Shown piece after piece: positions 46,201 to 56,488 of a DNA stretch of 64,000 nt (the first letter of the stretch is position 1; each line of letters begins with the position of its first letter). Source of the DNA: Monocercomonoides exilis PA203 (lineage: Eukaryota > Protista > Preaxostyla); the NCBI GenBank assembly GCA_001643675.2, contig LSRY02000024.1:868001-932000 (forward strand), read 5' to 3'. A program made the translations under genes and the position numbers. Below the pieces are notes generated by a model that was not told the DNA's origin, ran no database searches, and was given only the letters and a program-made list of their open reading frames with translations.

Positions 46201-49200
46201 TTGAACAAACAGACATCCTCCGCTTTGAAGTGCATCTGACGCCGCTTCCGTCTTTTCTGCTTCGCGATGAAGATCTCAAAACAAGAGCAGCTGCTTTTAC
46301 GACTCATTCAAAGGAGAACAATAAAAAAATGAATGGTGAGAATTCTTCACGCACTGCAGGAGCAGCTGAACAATCGAAGCATTCTCATCATTCGGAACTA
46401 ACAACGTTGTTATCATCGAAGTCTTCTTCCTCTTCCTCCTCTTCCTCTTCAGAGCCATCTATTCTTCCAGATCCATCTGCTCTTCTCACATCAGCCTCAT
46501 CCTCCATCACCTCACTTCAGTTCCACGACTCCTCTCAGCTGTTTCCCAATGAGCCCCGCACAAAAATCGCCTCAAACAACATTTTTGGACCAACGTCGCT
46601 TCCTCTCTCAAAAGCAACAGGAAGAGTCCAACGGGCAAAGACGGTGCATGTGCCGACACAGAGCATCAGAGACATCCACGCTCAGCAACTTCCTCAGCCT
46701 CCACTGCCTCCACAACACCAGAATCAGTCATTGCAACCTCGTGCTGCTGCCAAAAAGGCACGATCGCCTTCGCCAATTCCAATAAGTGGCTCTTCAACGG
46801 GGCTGCTGCCTTCCACTCTGCCTGTGATGAAATCATCTTCTTTGTCTCCTCGATTGGATGCTGATTCTGATATGTCTTTGCGTCATTCGAAGGAGCAGCA
46901 TGCTGTGAAATCAAGAACACCTTTATCTCCTTCTCTCACACTGCCTTCACAAATAGAGATACCTGAATTGTCATCATCATCATCTTCTTCTTCTTCTTCT
47001 TTCTCTTCATTGTCAACTTCTTCATCTCATCAAATTGACACTCCGCTTCTCAGCACTTCATTCGCATCACCTCCAAATCTCCAATTTCCAACAATTCGTT
47101 TCCTGTTTGATTTACCTTTATCTTCCATTCTGCATGTTGACATTCAAGACCCATCAGAAAATGACTTGCATTTCACAAATGAAGACAATCAAAAACGAGA
47201 AAACGCAAATAAGTCGACTCTTTGGTTCGAAACTGATCCTAAAAGCAAACGTCACAATATATTTAGTAAGAATACTGATGAAAAAGAAGGAAAAGAAGAG
47301 AAGAAGAAAGAGAGAGAGGAACAAGAAAGCAAAGACGTTCTGCTTGTTGTGGACTTTGATCCATCATCAATCACCACGCCATTCTTCCACATTGATCCTC
47401 CAGTCACAGTCCTTCTCTCTCGAGCAGGCAGCGTGGAAGCAGCCGAAACGCTGTCTAATGAACTGCATCTTCTTGTGAACCATTTCTGTTTCGGAGGAGA
47501 AAACATGAGCTTTGGGCGTTTTGTTGTGTCGATGAACAGAGAAGGAGCATTGCGAACGATGATGCGGTGTATTTACTGTTGTCCTCAGTTGTATCATGCA
47601 GCATTCAGAAGAAGATTGGGTGATGGGCCAACAGTTGCAATTAGCAGAGTGAAAGATCTGTTGGAGGTGCTGGTTGCGAAGGAGGACATGGAGAATGACA
47701 TGGAAGAGAAAATGGTGCTGAAAATGTATGTGAAGGACAAAGATGAAAAAGAAGAAGAAGAAGAAGAAGCCGGGGAAGGAAAAGAAGGAGGGGAGAAAAA
47801 CGAGAAAATGGAAGGGAAAAGGGAAGTTGGGGTGTTTGAGACATTGAGCAAGAAGCTGGAACAGAACTATCCAAACATTACTGTGTCTTCCTCTTCCTGT
47901 TTTTGCTGTCCAAACTGCTCTTTTTTAACTCCGTTCTGCGAGACATTCGAGGCGCATCTGGAAGAATGTGGATGTTGTGACTCTTCTTCTTTGCCATCAA
48001 CAGCTTCTGCTTCTGCTTCTGCTTCATCATCATCTTCTTCTTCTTCTTCATCTTCATCTTCTTCATCTTCTTCATCTTCAGCTTTTTCTTCTGCTAATGA
48101 TCAAAATACACATCATCTTTGGGATTATGATCTAAATCTTCCATACATCCCAATGGCTATAAATCCCTTACGAGTTGTCAAAAGGACACCCTTAAGCCTC
48201 GACTCTTCAAATGAATCCTCTTCTTCTCTGTTTGAAAATCTTTCTATTTTGTCGGATGCTTACAAAACAGCATCATCTGAAAGTTCCAAATTATCTCGTT
48301 TGAGCGTCTGTACAACTCAAAGAAGCATCTCTTCTGTCGTCTTCTTCCATCCTTCTCCGTTTGTCCGCTCTGCTCGCTTCTTTCATTCTCTTCTGGAACA
48401 AAACTTTGATGAGCTTTCGTGTTTATCTCAGTTCACCCGCTCACTTATCACATCCTCTTTCAATTCGAATTCTCTTTCAATCTCTTCCAATCCATTTTCT
48501 TCTGCAGTGCCAAAAGCTCCTCCAATTCAAATCTCTTTCCCAACTGCATCTTCATTTTTCTCTCCTCTTTCTCTGTTGACACCTGCTAATGACACCTCAG
48601 CAGCATTTTCTTCTTCTTCAACAACAACTTCGTCTTCCTTCACTCCATCATCTTCTCCAACAAATTCACCTCAAAATTTAGCAAACTCAGAGCAGCAAAA
48701 AATCATTTCATTACCATCAGATACGACTAGATCACAGCTTCCATCCACAAAACTTCCTTTCTCTTCTTCTTCTTCTTCTTCACCTCCTTCAAGCAAGTGG
48801 CAAAGCGAAGGATCACTTCAGCAATCATCAGGTAATGTAACCACATTTCACATCAAATCCATTGCTTCCACTTCCTCATCACACAATAATTCCTCTTCGT
48901 CTTCATCTTCATCCCCTCCTTCACCTCTTTCCCTCCTTCAAAGCATTCCACCTCAGGTCTCTTCATGCTTTCCACGCATGCACTCCATCAGCGTTCCTTT
49001 AAGCGATCTGCACATCGGCGCCTGGCTTGTTGTCACAGGCACTTCTGGAGGTATCTTGCAGTCGTGTGTCGTCCTCTCAAACGTGCAGCTGATAGTCGTT
49101 CCACACAGTGGCTATTTGATCTACAAGATCCGCTCAGAGAGTCCGCGCATTTCCCACTTCACAACATGCGTTGACGTGCCCTTTGAGTCGATTATTAACG

Positions 49201-52115
49201 CAGAAGTCTCACTTCCCCGGTCGATTGTAGAGGCAGACATCCAACCGCCTGAGGAGAGCTTGATGCCTCGTGCAAGACAAATTACAGAACGCTCGAAGAA
49301 AGTAGACGGTGCTGCTGTGCTCACACTCACCCTGGCGAAGCCTCCACGCTATCGGATAGGCGTCATCTGCGAGAGGCAAGAGGGGTTCCTCTACCAGCCT
49401 GACTTCTCTCCAAACGACCAGGGTTCCCTCGTCGCCCGTCACCAACTCCACTTCGCATCAGAGCGCGATTTGTTCACCGTTCTGTCTGTTTTGGAGCGGC
49501 ACAGCGGATTTTACGGGATGTTTTTGAGGTCAAATTACGAGCTGATATCGACAGCTGCTTTAGTGAGAGTACCAGCAGACGGAGGAACCTGTGGAGAAAC
49601 AGTGGAAGTGCGGAACACTCCGCTTGAGGCACTTGAGGCGTTGAGCCATGTGGAGCCTGAGGCTTGGCTTGTGGACTCTGTCTCCACTGGTCTGTCTTGC
49701 GATGCATCTATCACACAGCAGCTACTTGTGGTGAACAAGGAAAGTGAACGTGAATGGAACAATAGAAAAGAAGGTTATCAAAAGAAAGGAGGAAGGAAGA
49801 GAAGAAGATTATTTTTGAACAGAAGCGAACGAAAGGAAAAATCACTATTTTCGTTTAATCGAATTGCACTTCCTCCTTCCTCTTTGACTGTTTATGAGAT
49901 GCAATATTTCATATTCTATCCTGAATTGTCGCATCGAGCATCGCTTTCATATCTTCTGTCTCCTCTCCTCTCAAAGCCACCAGCAGCTGCTTTTCAATTG
50001 TTCATGCCAGCTGACTCAACAGATGCAAGCACTCCATCTCACATTTCACTTTCTTCTTCTTCAACTTCATTGTCTTTTTCAACTCCATCTACTCCATCAA
50101 CTTCATCTATTACATCTGCCCCAGCCGTGTCAACTTTATCACCTATCTATCGCTATGCTCGCCCTCTGACTAATTTCCACTTCTTTGCTGATGTCAATTT
50201 GGAGACTCAGATCTGTCCACGCAACACATTCAGGAAAAGAAAGTTGAAGCCGTATGAGGAACAGACAGTCAACCTTATCAAAATACTGACAAAGAAGCGG
50301 ATGTTCGAGAGATACCTCAGCAGACACTCAATTGAAACTGATGAAAATACTAATCACGGTTCCTTTACTCATCATTCGCCTTCATTGGGATCAACATCAT
50401 TAGCAAAGGCTTCTTCGTTTGCACAGCCAATACAATCTCAAAACTCTTCAATGAAGTCTTCTCATTCGACTGCTCTTGCACTCCACAGCAAAGGGCGTGA
50501 GATGCCCAATCACCGCCCCAATGTGCCTCCTGCATCGCTTGACATCAACGAGAACTGGGGGCTCTTCACACGCTCCATCGAAAGGATGCTTCTTGCTTCA
50601 AAGACAAGTTCACATCAGCCTTATTCAATTGGTTCCTTTATTCCAACTCGACCTCATCCGAAGCCTTCTTCTTTAGTTCCTGGATATTCAAGTGCTCAAA
50701 ATCAGAGGTCAGAATCGCATTCTCCCACTCCTTCCGTTGGCTCTGTTTCGGCATCATTGAAGCCTTTTCAATCTTCTGCTCAAAGCTCTCATTGCCCACG
50801 CACGCTGTACTACGATCAAATGGCAGCTCAACGCAACATTCGGAGTCCGGGTGCTGCTCGAAAGGCTATTCAGGATAAAAAGCTTATGTATATGCTGAAG
50901 TTCGTTGCCCAGCAAAGACAACTCGAGGAAGGAAAGTCAGAAGAGGAAGATGAAGGAAATAATGATCTTTCATTCATTGAGCTGTTAGATACTCTTACAG
51001 AAGATGACGTGGAAGATATTCTTCTTATGGGAGATGACTCTCTTGACGATGTTGTGAAAGGCGTCGAAGTGTCAAAGGGATCAAGATTTTTCAAGAAAAA
51101 AGTCTTTTGCCGTTGTGGAATGACTGCAGGAACAGGGAACAACAGTAGCACTTTCATCAAGGGGCAAACAACTCACAATAATTATTCAAATCATTTCCTT
51201 GCACAAAATCAGAAAGTCTTGTCAAAAGAGCACATGGATTCATCTAACAGCCCCAAAACCTCTTCGGATATCTCTCCAATACCACCACCAACATGCAGCG
51301 ATTTGAGCTGGCTGGTACAGCAATCTTCAAGTGAAGTAGATGAAGCATCACAAGCTCCAATCACATGCCCCTGTCTTCTGATGGGCGAGCCGTGTTCTGC
51401 TGGGTGCGTGTGCAACAACTGCAACAATCCTCTGAACACGATGGAACTTGCCTTTTTCTCAAAATGCACAAAGGGGAGTTTTCTTTCTTTCCTTTGTGCA
51501 TTGCGAACAGGGGAGCTATCTCAATCAAGCGATTTGATCTGTCATTCGCGCATAAGGTTGGAAGGCGAACCTGATGACTCTCCTGCAACGATAATGGCTA
51601 ACAAACTTCCGCACAGAGCGGTGAATGGCTCCCTGTGCATCAACGATTTTGAATGCCGCTGTAAAGAAAAATCGTACTTCTCCTTCTGCCGCTTTGGCGC
51701 AATGCACCATTCGCAGTCATGGCACTGTGAAGATTGCAACGTCTGCCGAGACCCAATCGAATTCCACTGTGCTCGGTGCTGCCGGTGCTACAGAGACCCA
51801 ATTCTTCCGTGTGAGCACTGCTCGCAGCGGAGTGTTCTGAACGACTGGTGGGAGGCATTTTTGGCCTATGAAGCGAAGAAAAAGGCTGAGCCAGAAGAGA
51901 GAAGAGAACTATTAGCACCACCACGGCTGATGCTTACGGAAGCGCAGCGATCTCATTCATCGCTGAGCGAAAAGCTGGTTCTCGTGAGAGATGCAGCAAT
52001 GCTTGGCAGACGGTTTGTAAAAGACGATTGGTCGTATTTTACAAGATATTTAGCACCACTGCTGTGTGGTAACGATCATGAAGTTGAACGAGAAGTTGAG
52101 AGGAGAGATATCTAA
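43251..52115 (+). CDS. ~2950-aa protein with repeated HOY1/TRF2-like PH-like domains, C2H2-like fingers and a C-terminal CXC-like/Cys-rich region
   Basis: Uninterrupted ORF. Internal repeats VPLSFLQCGDF / LPAHTITIGAW / VPLSDLHIGAW; LTLTLAKPP...DFSPNDQGSLVARHQLHF; CPCLLMGEPCSAGCVCNNCNNP; HCEDCNVC..FHCARCCRC. Domain names come from recalled motif similarity, not from a search. Confidence 0.7.
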   Translation: MHRIASHASFKVPLSFLQCGDFFLSKIPMNIVNFSTNISTAQFSLNEEMSLEFCFSLQPYGIFLYFSDKSKAKNYRCFFPISDLKQTALFEPTPENLSWTNFISSIENESSDREGKITIYCVLVIDFQSFFFQQQNISDLSESNQWKECEDISNGSFRKWGRMACWLPVNFIENLFSTYASSSLSFETIYSITSELSSKNVICSRCGLIGLSDENGTFEADQELYAKHVSLHHVKAPPKSTEITFPPLSPLFHYSPSKRNITAPHSLLTEYHHLLSCALSPSLLLSLKSLSDQSSSASSSSKQFDEASGDPLLCSSLFSSSESLNSFIDSTFPLVLSQRSPPLPLQSPCLMKPKSSESTEPRLLSKICTHSLSLPAHTITIGAWQMIDSRFVPADHLFLRQWAEDDVLQWLETQLRVKLPKKRKTIRSGVSAASDAIEPNASSIASPNISSFKPTSVNQHTSTNDPDSSFNSMYSHALSSKYSARVFVTCIWATGEESALLATGMKMVEAQKEREKADRKRKLLEDLERKRLMVRKEWVKQQISNGKDNSLQSRMDEKEQDNLMDELNRIEKQENELFEKKNEISKRKKIDLSFESIMYCRNPSSNSLSSIDSPFYSRSIESDLSSAASSSSTEKNGQSVKLSGFYLSCAEEEARSALRALQEDALDGEYFHYSEYGTCSTKDKYRYGNEDMKEDEDEEEEEEEDDNDDDMKRGSMSSMKDHMRLDDVKNEMMLKYNPFNPKRKENEDLVLSTFNEEVVGWVKIEQNGSEASSRKQKDEEAKEEERKNEKMRNIQSALQNLLDNPFTQSDIESPVINDSDVIPIEKPSPSSLSPSLTPLPTPLPSISSPPVVQLQTSPSLVPPNIITSLTTSEYSTDSVSPSSSPLPLLIPSYSSPRLQSPSSSTPSSPSLPSSSSTTHTSVKSTYLPVLSSLITNTPHTTWSSPTPNRSISITSTPVASASQTEWARNEDEVLRILNERERLLEQTDILRFEVHLTPLPSFLLRDEDLKTRAAAFTTHSKENNKKMNGENSSRTAGAAEQSKHSHHSELTTLLSSKSSSSSSSSSSEPSILPDPSALLTSASSSITSLQFHDSSQLFPNEPRTKIASNNIFGPTSLPLSKATGRVQRAKTVHVPTQSIRDIHAQQLPQPPLPPQHQNQSLQPRAAAKKARSPSPIPISGSSTGLLPSTLPVMKSSSLSPRLDADSDMSLRHSKEQHAVKSRTPLSPSLTLPSQIEIPELSSSSSSSSSSFSSLSTSSSHQIDTPLLSTSFASPPNLQFPTIRFLFDLPLSSILHVDIQDPSENDLHFTNEDNQKRENANKSTLWFETDPKSKRHNIFSKNTDEKEGKEEKKKEREEQESKDVLLVVDFDPSSITTPFFHIDPPVTVLLSRAGSVEAAETLSNELHLLVNHFCFGGENMSFGRFVVSMNREGALRTMMRCIYCCPQLYHAAFRRRLGDGPTVAISRVKDLLEVLVAKEDMENDMEEKMVLKMYVKDKDEKEEEEEEAGEGKEGGEKNEKMEGKREVGVFETLSKKLEQNYPNITVSSSSCFCCPNCSFLTPFCETFEAHLEECGCCDSSSLPSTASASASASSSSSSSSSSSSSSSSSSSAFSSANDQNTHHLWDYDLNLPYIPMAINPLRVVKRTPLSLDSSNESSSSLFENLSILSDAYKTASSESSKLSRLSVCTTQRSISSVVFFHPSPFVRSARFFHSLLEQNFDELSCLSQFTRSLITSSFNSNSLSISSNPFSSAVPKAPPIQISFPTASSFFSPLSLLTPANDTSAAFSSSSTTTSSSFTPSSSPTNSPQNLANSEQQKIISLPSDTTRSQLPSTKLPFSSSSSSSPPSSKWQSEGSLQQSSGNVTTFHIKSIASTSSSHNNSSSSSSSSPPSPLSLLQSIPPQVSSCFPRMHSISVPLSDLHIGAWLVVTGTSGGILQSCVVLSNVQLIVVPHSGYLIYKIRSESPRISHFTTCVDVPFESIINAEVSLPRSIVEADIQPPEESLMPRARQITERSKKVDGAAVLTLTLAKPPRYRIGVICERQEGFLYQPDFSPNDQGSLVARHQLHFASERDLFTVLSVLERHSGFYGMFLRSNYELISTAALVRVPADGGTCGETVEVRNTPLEALEALSHVEPEAWLVDSVSTGLSCDASITQQLLVVNKESEREWNNRKEGYQKKGGRKRRRLFLNRSERKEKSLFSFNRIALPPSSLTVYEMQYFIFYPELSHRASLSYLLSPLLSKPPAAAFQLFMPADSTDASTPSHISLSSSSTSLSFSTPSTPSTSSITSAPAVSTLSPIYRYARPLTNFHFFADVNLETQICPRNTFRKRKLKPYEEQTVNLIKILTKKRMFERYLSRHSIETDENTNHGSFTHHSPSLGSTSLAKASSFAQPIQSQNSSMKSSHSTALALHSKGREMPNHRPNVPPASLDINENWGLFTRSIERMLLASKTSSHQPYSIGSFIPTRPHPKPSSLVPGYSSAQNQRSESHSPTPSVGSVSASLKPFQSSAQSSHCPRTLYYDQMAAQRNIRSPGAARKAIQDKKLMYMLKFVAQQRQLEEGKSEEEDEGNNDLSFIELLDTLTEDDVEDILLMGDDSLDDVVKGVEVSKGSRFFKKKVFCRCGMTAGTGNNSSTFIKGQTTHNNYSNHFLAQNQKVLSKEHMDSSNSPKTSSDISPIPPPTCSDLSWLVQQSSSEVDEASQAPITCPCLLMGEPCSAGCVCNNCNNPLNTMELAFFSKCTKGSFLSFLCALRTGELSQSSDLICHSRIRLEGEPDDSPATIMANKLPHRAVNGSLCINDFECRCKEKSYFSFCRFGAMHHSQSWHCEDCNVCRDPIEFHCARCCRCYRDPILPCEHCSQRSVLNDWWEAFLAYEAKKKAEPEERRELLAPPRLMLTEAQRSHSSLSEKLVLVRDAAMLGRRFVKDDWSYFTRYLAPLLCGNDHEVEREVERRDI

Positions 52116-52596
52116 TTTTCCAAAACTTGAAAAGTTAAAAATACTTTTAAAAAATCTGAATCTAACCCCAAATTTTCCGAAGTTTATGAAATTAGACAAA
52201 TTATATTGTGATATTTGTTAAAATGGTTGATATCTTCAATTTTTGATGTTTTACATAATTACATTTGATTTCTTTTTAGTGAATTTGCACGCTCTTAAAC
52301 GAATTGCATCTTCGGTTTATTTTTTTAAAAAAAATATTATTATTTTTTCTGAACGAATAAATTGACTTATGTTTTACACAAAAACTTTAGAATATTTTTT
52401 TTGTTAGAAAATAATATATTGGAAATTACTCTCAACTCATCTTTTTTTTCACAATTTTGTCAAATGCTTGACGAAGTTGAATTTCTAAAAAAAAATTGGA
52501 GAGAAATACTTGATTAAATTTTAGAGAAATATTGCTTCATAAACAAAAAAAAAAAAAAAAATAAAGGCGATCGAAAAATAATTATTTTTTTCTGAA

Positions 52597-54851
52597 ATGC
52601 TTTCGACTGTTATTTTTTCGTTGTTGGTAGTCATTAGATTCACATTTTGCGAAGAAAAGGGATTAAATATTACAATTATTCATACAACTGACAGTTTGTA
52701 TTATATTGCTTTTTCTTATTTGAATGAAAGTATTTTTCATAATGTCTGTTTGTGTCAGTGCATGGATGGGTAAATGGGCATCCTCATGAGCCAACCATGA
52801 ATGCTAATTTGGGGGATATTTATAATTATATGTATCATATGAAACAAAAGCAAGGACCTCAGAGCAAAGTTATGGCCTTTGATACAGGTGACTATTCTCA
52901 GGGCACTGGATTAAGTGATGCCACACCAATTCAAGGGGAATTTATATTTAAGGTTATTCAAAAAATGCCTTATGATGGACTTTGTATCGGGAATCATGAG
53001 TTGAAAACCAATCCGTGCATTGATAATGTTGCAAATAATGTTGTTCCGTTCTGGAAAGGACGTTATCTTGCAATTAATGTTCATCACATAAATAGTTCGA
53101 AGAAAATGGGAGACCGTTACTTCACTTTAGATTTACCAAATGGAAAAGGAAAAGTTCTTGTTTTCGGATGGCTGTTAACTTGGAACAGTCATGATACTAA
53201 TGCTTATGTTACAAAAGTTGAAACTTCTTTGAAAGAAAGCTTCTTTAACGAAGCATTTGCGATTCCCAACGTAAAGCTTATTATTTGTTTGTGCCATATT
53301 GACACGACCAATCCTGAAGTTGAATTGATCAGAAAATTTATGAAGAAAAATAAGCCCAGCGTACCTGTTGTGATGCTTACAGGGCATTCACACAAAAAGC
53401 GCACCTTTGTCCCCAGCACTTCGGATTATGAAATGGAAAGTGATCATTACAGCCGTTGTTTGGGGCTGTTGAATTTCGTTCTTCCAGATGCTCTTTTGAA
53501 TGGGAATGTCACAAATGCAGACAGTCTGAATATTACATACAAACAGCAATTTCTCACGACTAATGTTGCCCAAATGCAAGCATCTGCAGGCATTCGCAAC
53601 AGCAGTCAGTGGGACACGCCTACGGGGTTGGCAATCAAAGCAGAGCTTAAAAAGAAGAATGATGAACTTCATTTAAGTGAGGTGATCGGCTGCTCGCCAA
53701 AGCAATATGCTGCAAAAGACTTGTACCCGATCATGGTTAACAAAGTTCTCCCTTCAAGATTCAAATTCAGCACGAAATTTGTTTACACGATGAAAAACAA
53801 TGTGATGAGATGTATGGTGATTTTTTAATAAAAATGAGAAGATTGAGCATATTTGTGAATTTGAGAAATGTGCAAAGGCACATTTATTGTGAAATAGAAA
53901 GTAATTTTGTTATCTTTTATGTTGAATATGTTCGTTTTCATGTTTATCTTGTTTATTTGAATTTTTTATGTGGGAAAAAATATTTATTTTGTTTGTTCGT
54001 AGATCCTCTGTACAAAGGGCAGATTGTTTACAATGACATCTTTACGATTGATCCGTTTAATTATTCTGTTAGAACATACTCAAATGTGAAGGGAGAGCAC
54101 TTGAAGAAGCTTGCGCCTCTTCTGAATGAATATTATTTTTCTGATAATTTGAAATCGCTCAACAACAGCAGCACATTCGAGCTCATCCACACGATGAATG
54201 AAGAGAAAAAGATAACTGCCACGTTGGATACCATTGCGCGTGGTGTTTATAAGCCAAGGGATCTCGGCTACTGGTTCCGCCCCATCTTTGTCGACTATGT
54301 GCGCAATTATATGAAATGGTTTGAGTCACTGGTGAATGATAATTGATTGAACTGTGAAAAAAATGAAAAAATATGAATCATCTTTAATGTTAAATTTTTT
54401 ATGTTAAATAATTGTTTTATAAACAAATGGACTTTTCATGACTTTGCATATTCACTTATATGTTCTCTTTATATACTGCTTTGATTCAACAATTTATAAC
54501 AGTGGCAAGACATTTACAGATAGAGGAGAAGGAGAAGGAGAAGAAACGACAGTAGATGTTGATTCAGATCAGATGACTTTGACTTCATTTGATGAAGAAC
54601 AGCATGCTGAAGCAGAAGAGGAAAGCGTTGGAGCAACGGAGAGTGCAGATCCAATCGACGAAGGCGAACAACACCCGAAGAAAAAGACATTTAATACTAC
54701 AACTTGTATCGTTTGTGTTGTTTCAGCGTGTGCGGTTGTTGCTGTTGCAGGTGTGTTTGTTGCAATTTTAATGGCGAAAAAGAGGCGAAGAACCCAAAGA
54801 AGTTTAGAAAGCGTTTCTTTTACCAATGGGGAAGTTGAGCCGCTTCTCTAG
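52597..54851 (+). CDS. Calcineurin-like metallophosphoesterase / 5'-nucleotidase (YHR202W-like), type I membrane protein, 4 exons
   Basis: Signal peptide MLSTVIFSLLVVIRFTFC; spliced HTTDMHGW; DTGD; GNHE; CH; GHSH; C-domain RYPLYKG...IDPFN; TM TCIVCVVSACAVVAVAGVFVAILMA followed by KKRRR; tail EVEPLL. Confidence 0.88.
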
Positions 54852-55235
54852 CATTAATTCGTGTTCGTTTTCATATTATTTGATTTCTTTGGCTCAACAG
54901 AGGAATTTTTATTGTTGTATTCTTTTTTGGACAGCGTTTTTTCTTTTTTATTCTGTTTCATTTATTTTATTAAACAATAATTATGTACTATGAGATGAGT
55001 TATACGTATTTTTTATTAGTTCGAAGCAATTCTTAATTTTGTCAATGTAAAATTATTATTGAAGCGAAATCACATTGCTCAGGACTGAATTTAATATAGC
55101 TTCATCTCTGTTTGTTTGAAAATAAATCTTAAATAAACAAAATGAAAAGAAAAAGAAAATTAATTCAGATTAATTATTTTATTATAAAAACAGAAATATT
55201 CTATTCAACGATGTGAGAGAATTATAAGAAAATTA

Positions 55236-56244
55236 GGGTTTTAATTTTATCTTGACCTTTTTTCTTTATCTTGACCTTTTTCTTTTTTGCAAAGCTTTTA
55301 GCTTTACTCAAGCCTGCGATAAATAAAAAATAACCAGAAATGTTTGAAATGTTTTAATTTCCTTATTCTATATTTCTTTTTCAATATTTCTTGTTTTTCA
55401 AAAAGATCGAGGATTATAATAATTTTTTGTTTTGATCATTGACTTGCTGCTTTTCCATCGAATATTTTTTATCGGAAGTTTTAAGCTTTCATATCATAAA
55501 ACATCGTTTCTTTTTTATAAGTTGAACTTGTTTTAAACTTTCTCAACTTGTTTTTTTATCATTTTTTCTCATTTCACACATTTTTTCAAAAAACACGATT
55601 TCAGAGACATGCATCCATTTGTTTTAAAATTTATTGAAATAATAAATAAACATTATTAAAATAAAACGATTCTCGTATGTCAAAATATTTATTTGTTTGT
55701 ATATGTTTGGTAATAAAAATAACAAAAAAATCATATGTACTTGCTTTTTAGTTAATATTCTTGAAAAGTTCCTTTTCATTTCAAAACTTAATACAAATAA
55801 ACGATAATTAAGACTTCGTGTATTTTTTTCATTTAAATGAAATTTGACACAAACACTTGTTTATAAAAAAAATCGTGTTTTAAGCGAAAACAGTGAAATG
55901 AGAAAAAAAGGTCAAAAATAAATTAGAAAATGTTAAAAACAAGTTAAAATTATAATATAGGAACGTGGAATCGTGATGCTGTGGCTTGAAACGTTCGGTA
56001 CAAAATATTCGGTGAATAATCAGCAAGTCTTTGATCTGGGTCCTAAAATAATATAAATATTTATTATCTTTTTATACATAATAATTTCAAAAATTTTTTA
56101 ACAGAATTCTGAAAAACAAAAATATCAAGAAGTCTATTTATTTTGTTTTTGTTTTAAGCCTTTTAACAAATCAAAAAAGCAAAAATAAGTTTCAAAAAAA
56201 TAGGGTTGAGATAAAAAATTGAGGTCAAGATAAAATATGCACCA
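55236..56244. mobile_element. ~1.0 kb non-coding foldback (long inverted repeat) element
   Basis: TA on both flanks. ATTTTATCTTGACC at 55244-55257 is the perfect inverse of 56223-56236, and the motif is duplicated subterminally at both ends. The internal arms ~55434-55601 and ~55871-56036 are diverged reverse complements. Confidence 0.8.
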
Positions 56245-56488
56245 TATAAGTATTTTTGATCGATTTTTGTCTCTTCAAGTTCATTCACACTGAACGACGC
56301 AGTTCATAAAACTCGAAATTGAAAGACCTGCGCTTTGAGAATACTATTTGTTCATTGGTTGTGCAGAGATGGTTGAGGAAAAGAAGGATTCAAAATTGAC
56401 ATGTTTTGAGTTTTAAAAGAAAAGTGAATTTGTTGTTTGTTGCAAATGTTGTTGAAACTACAAATAAAGAAATTGCCTTTTTGAAATA

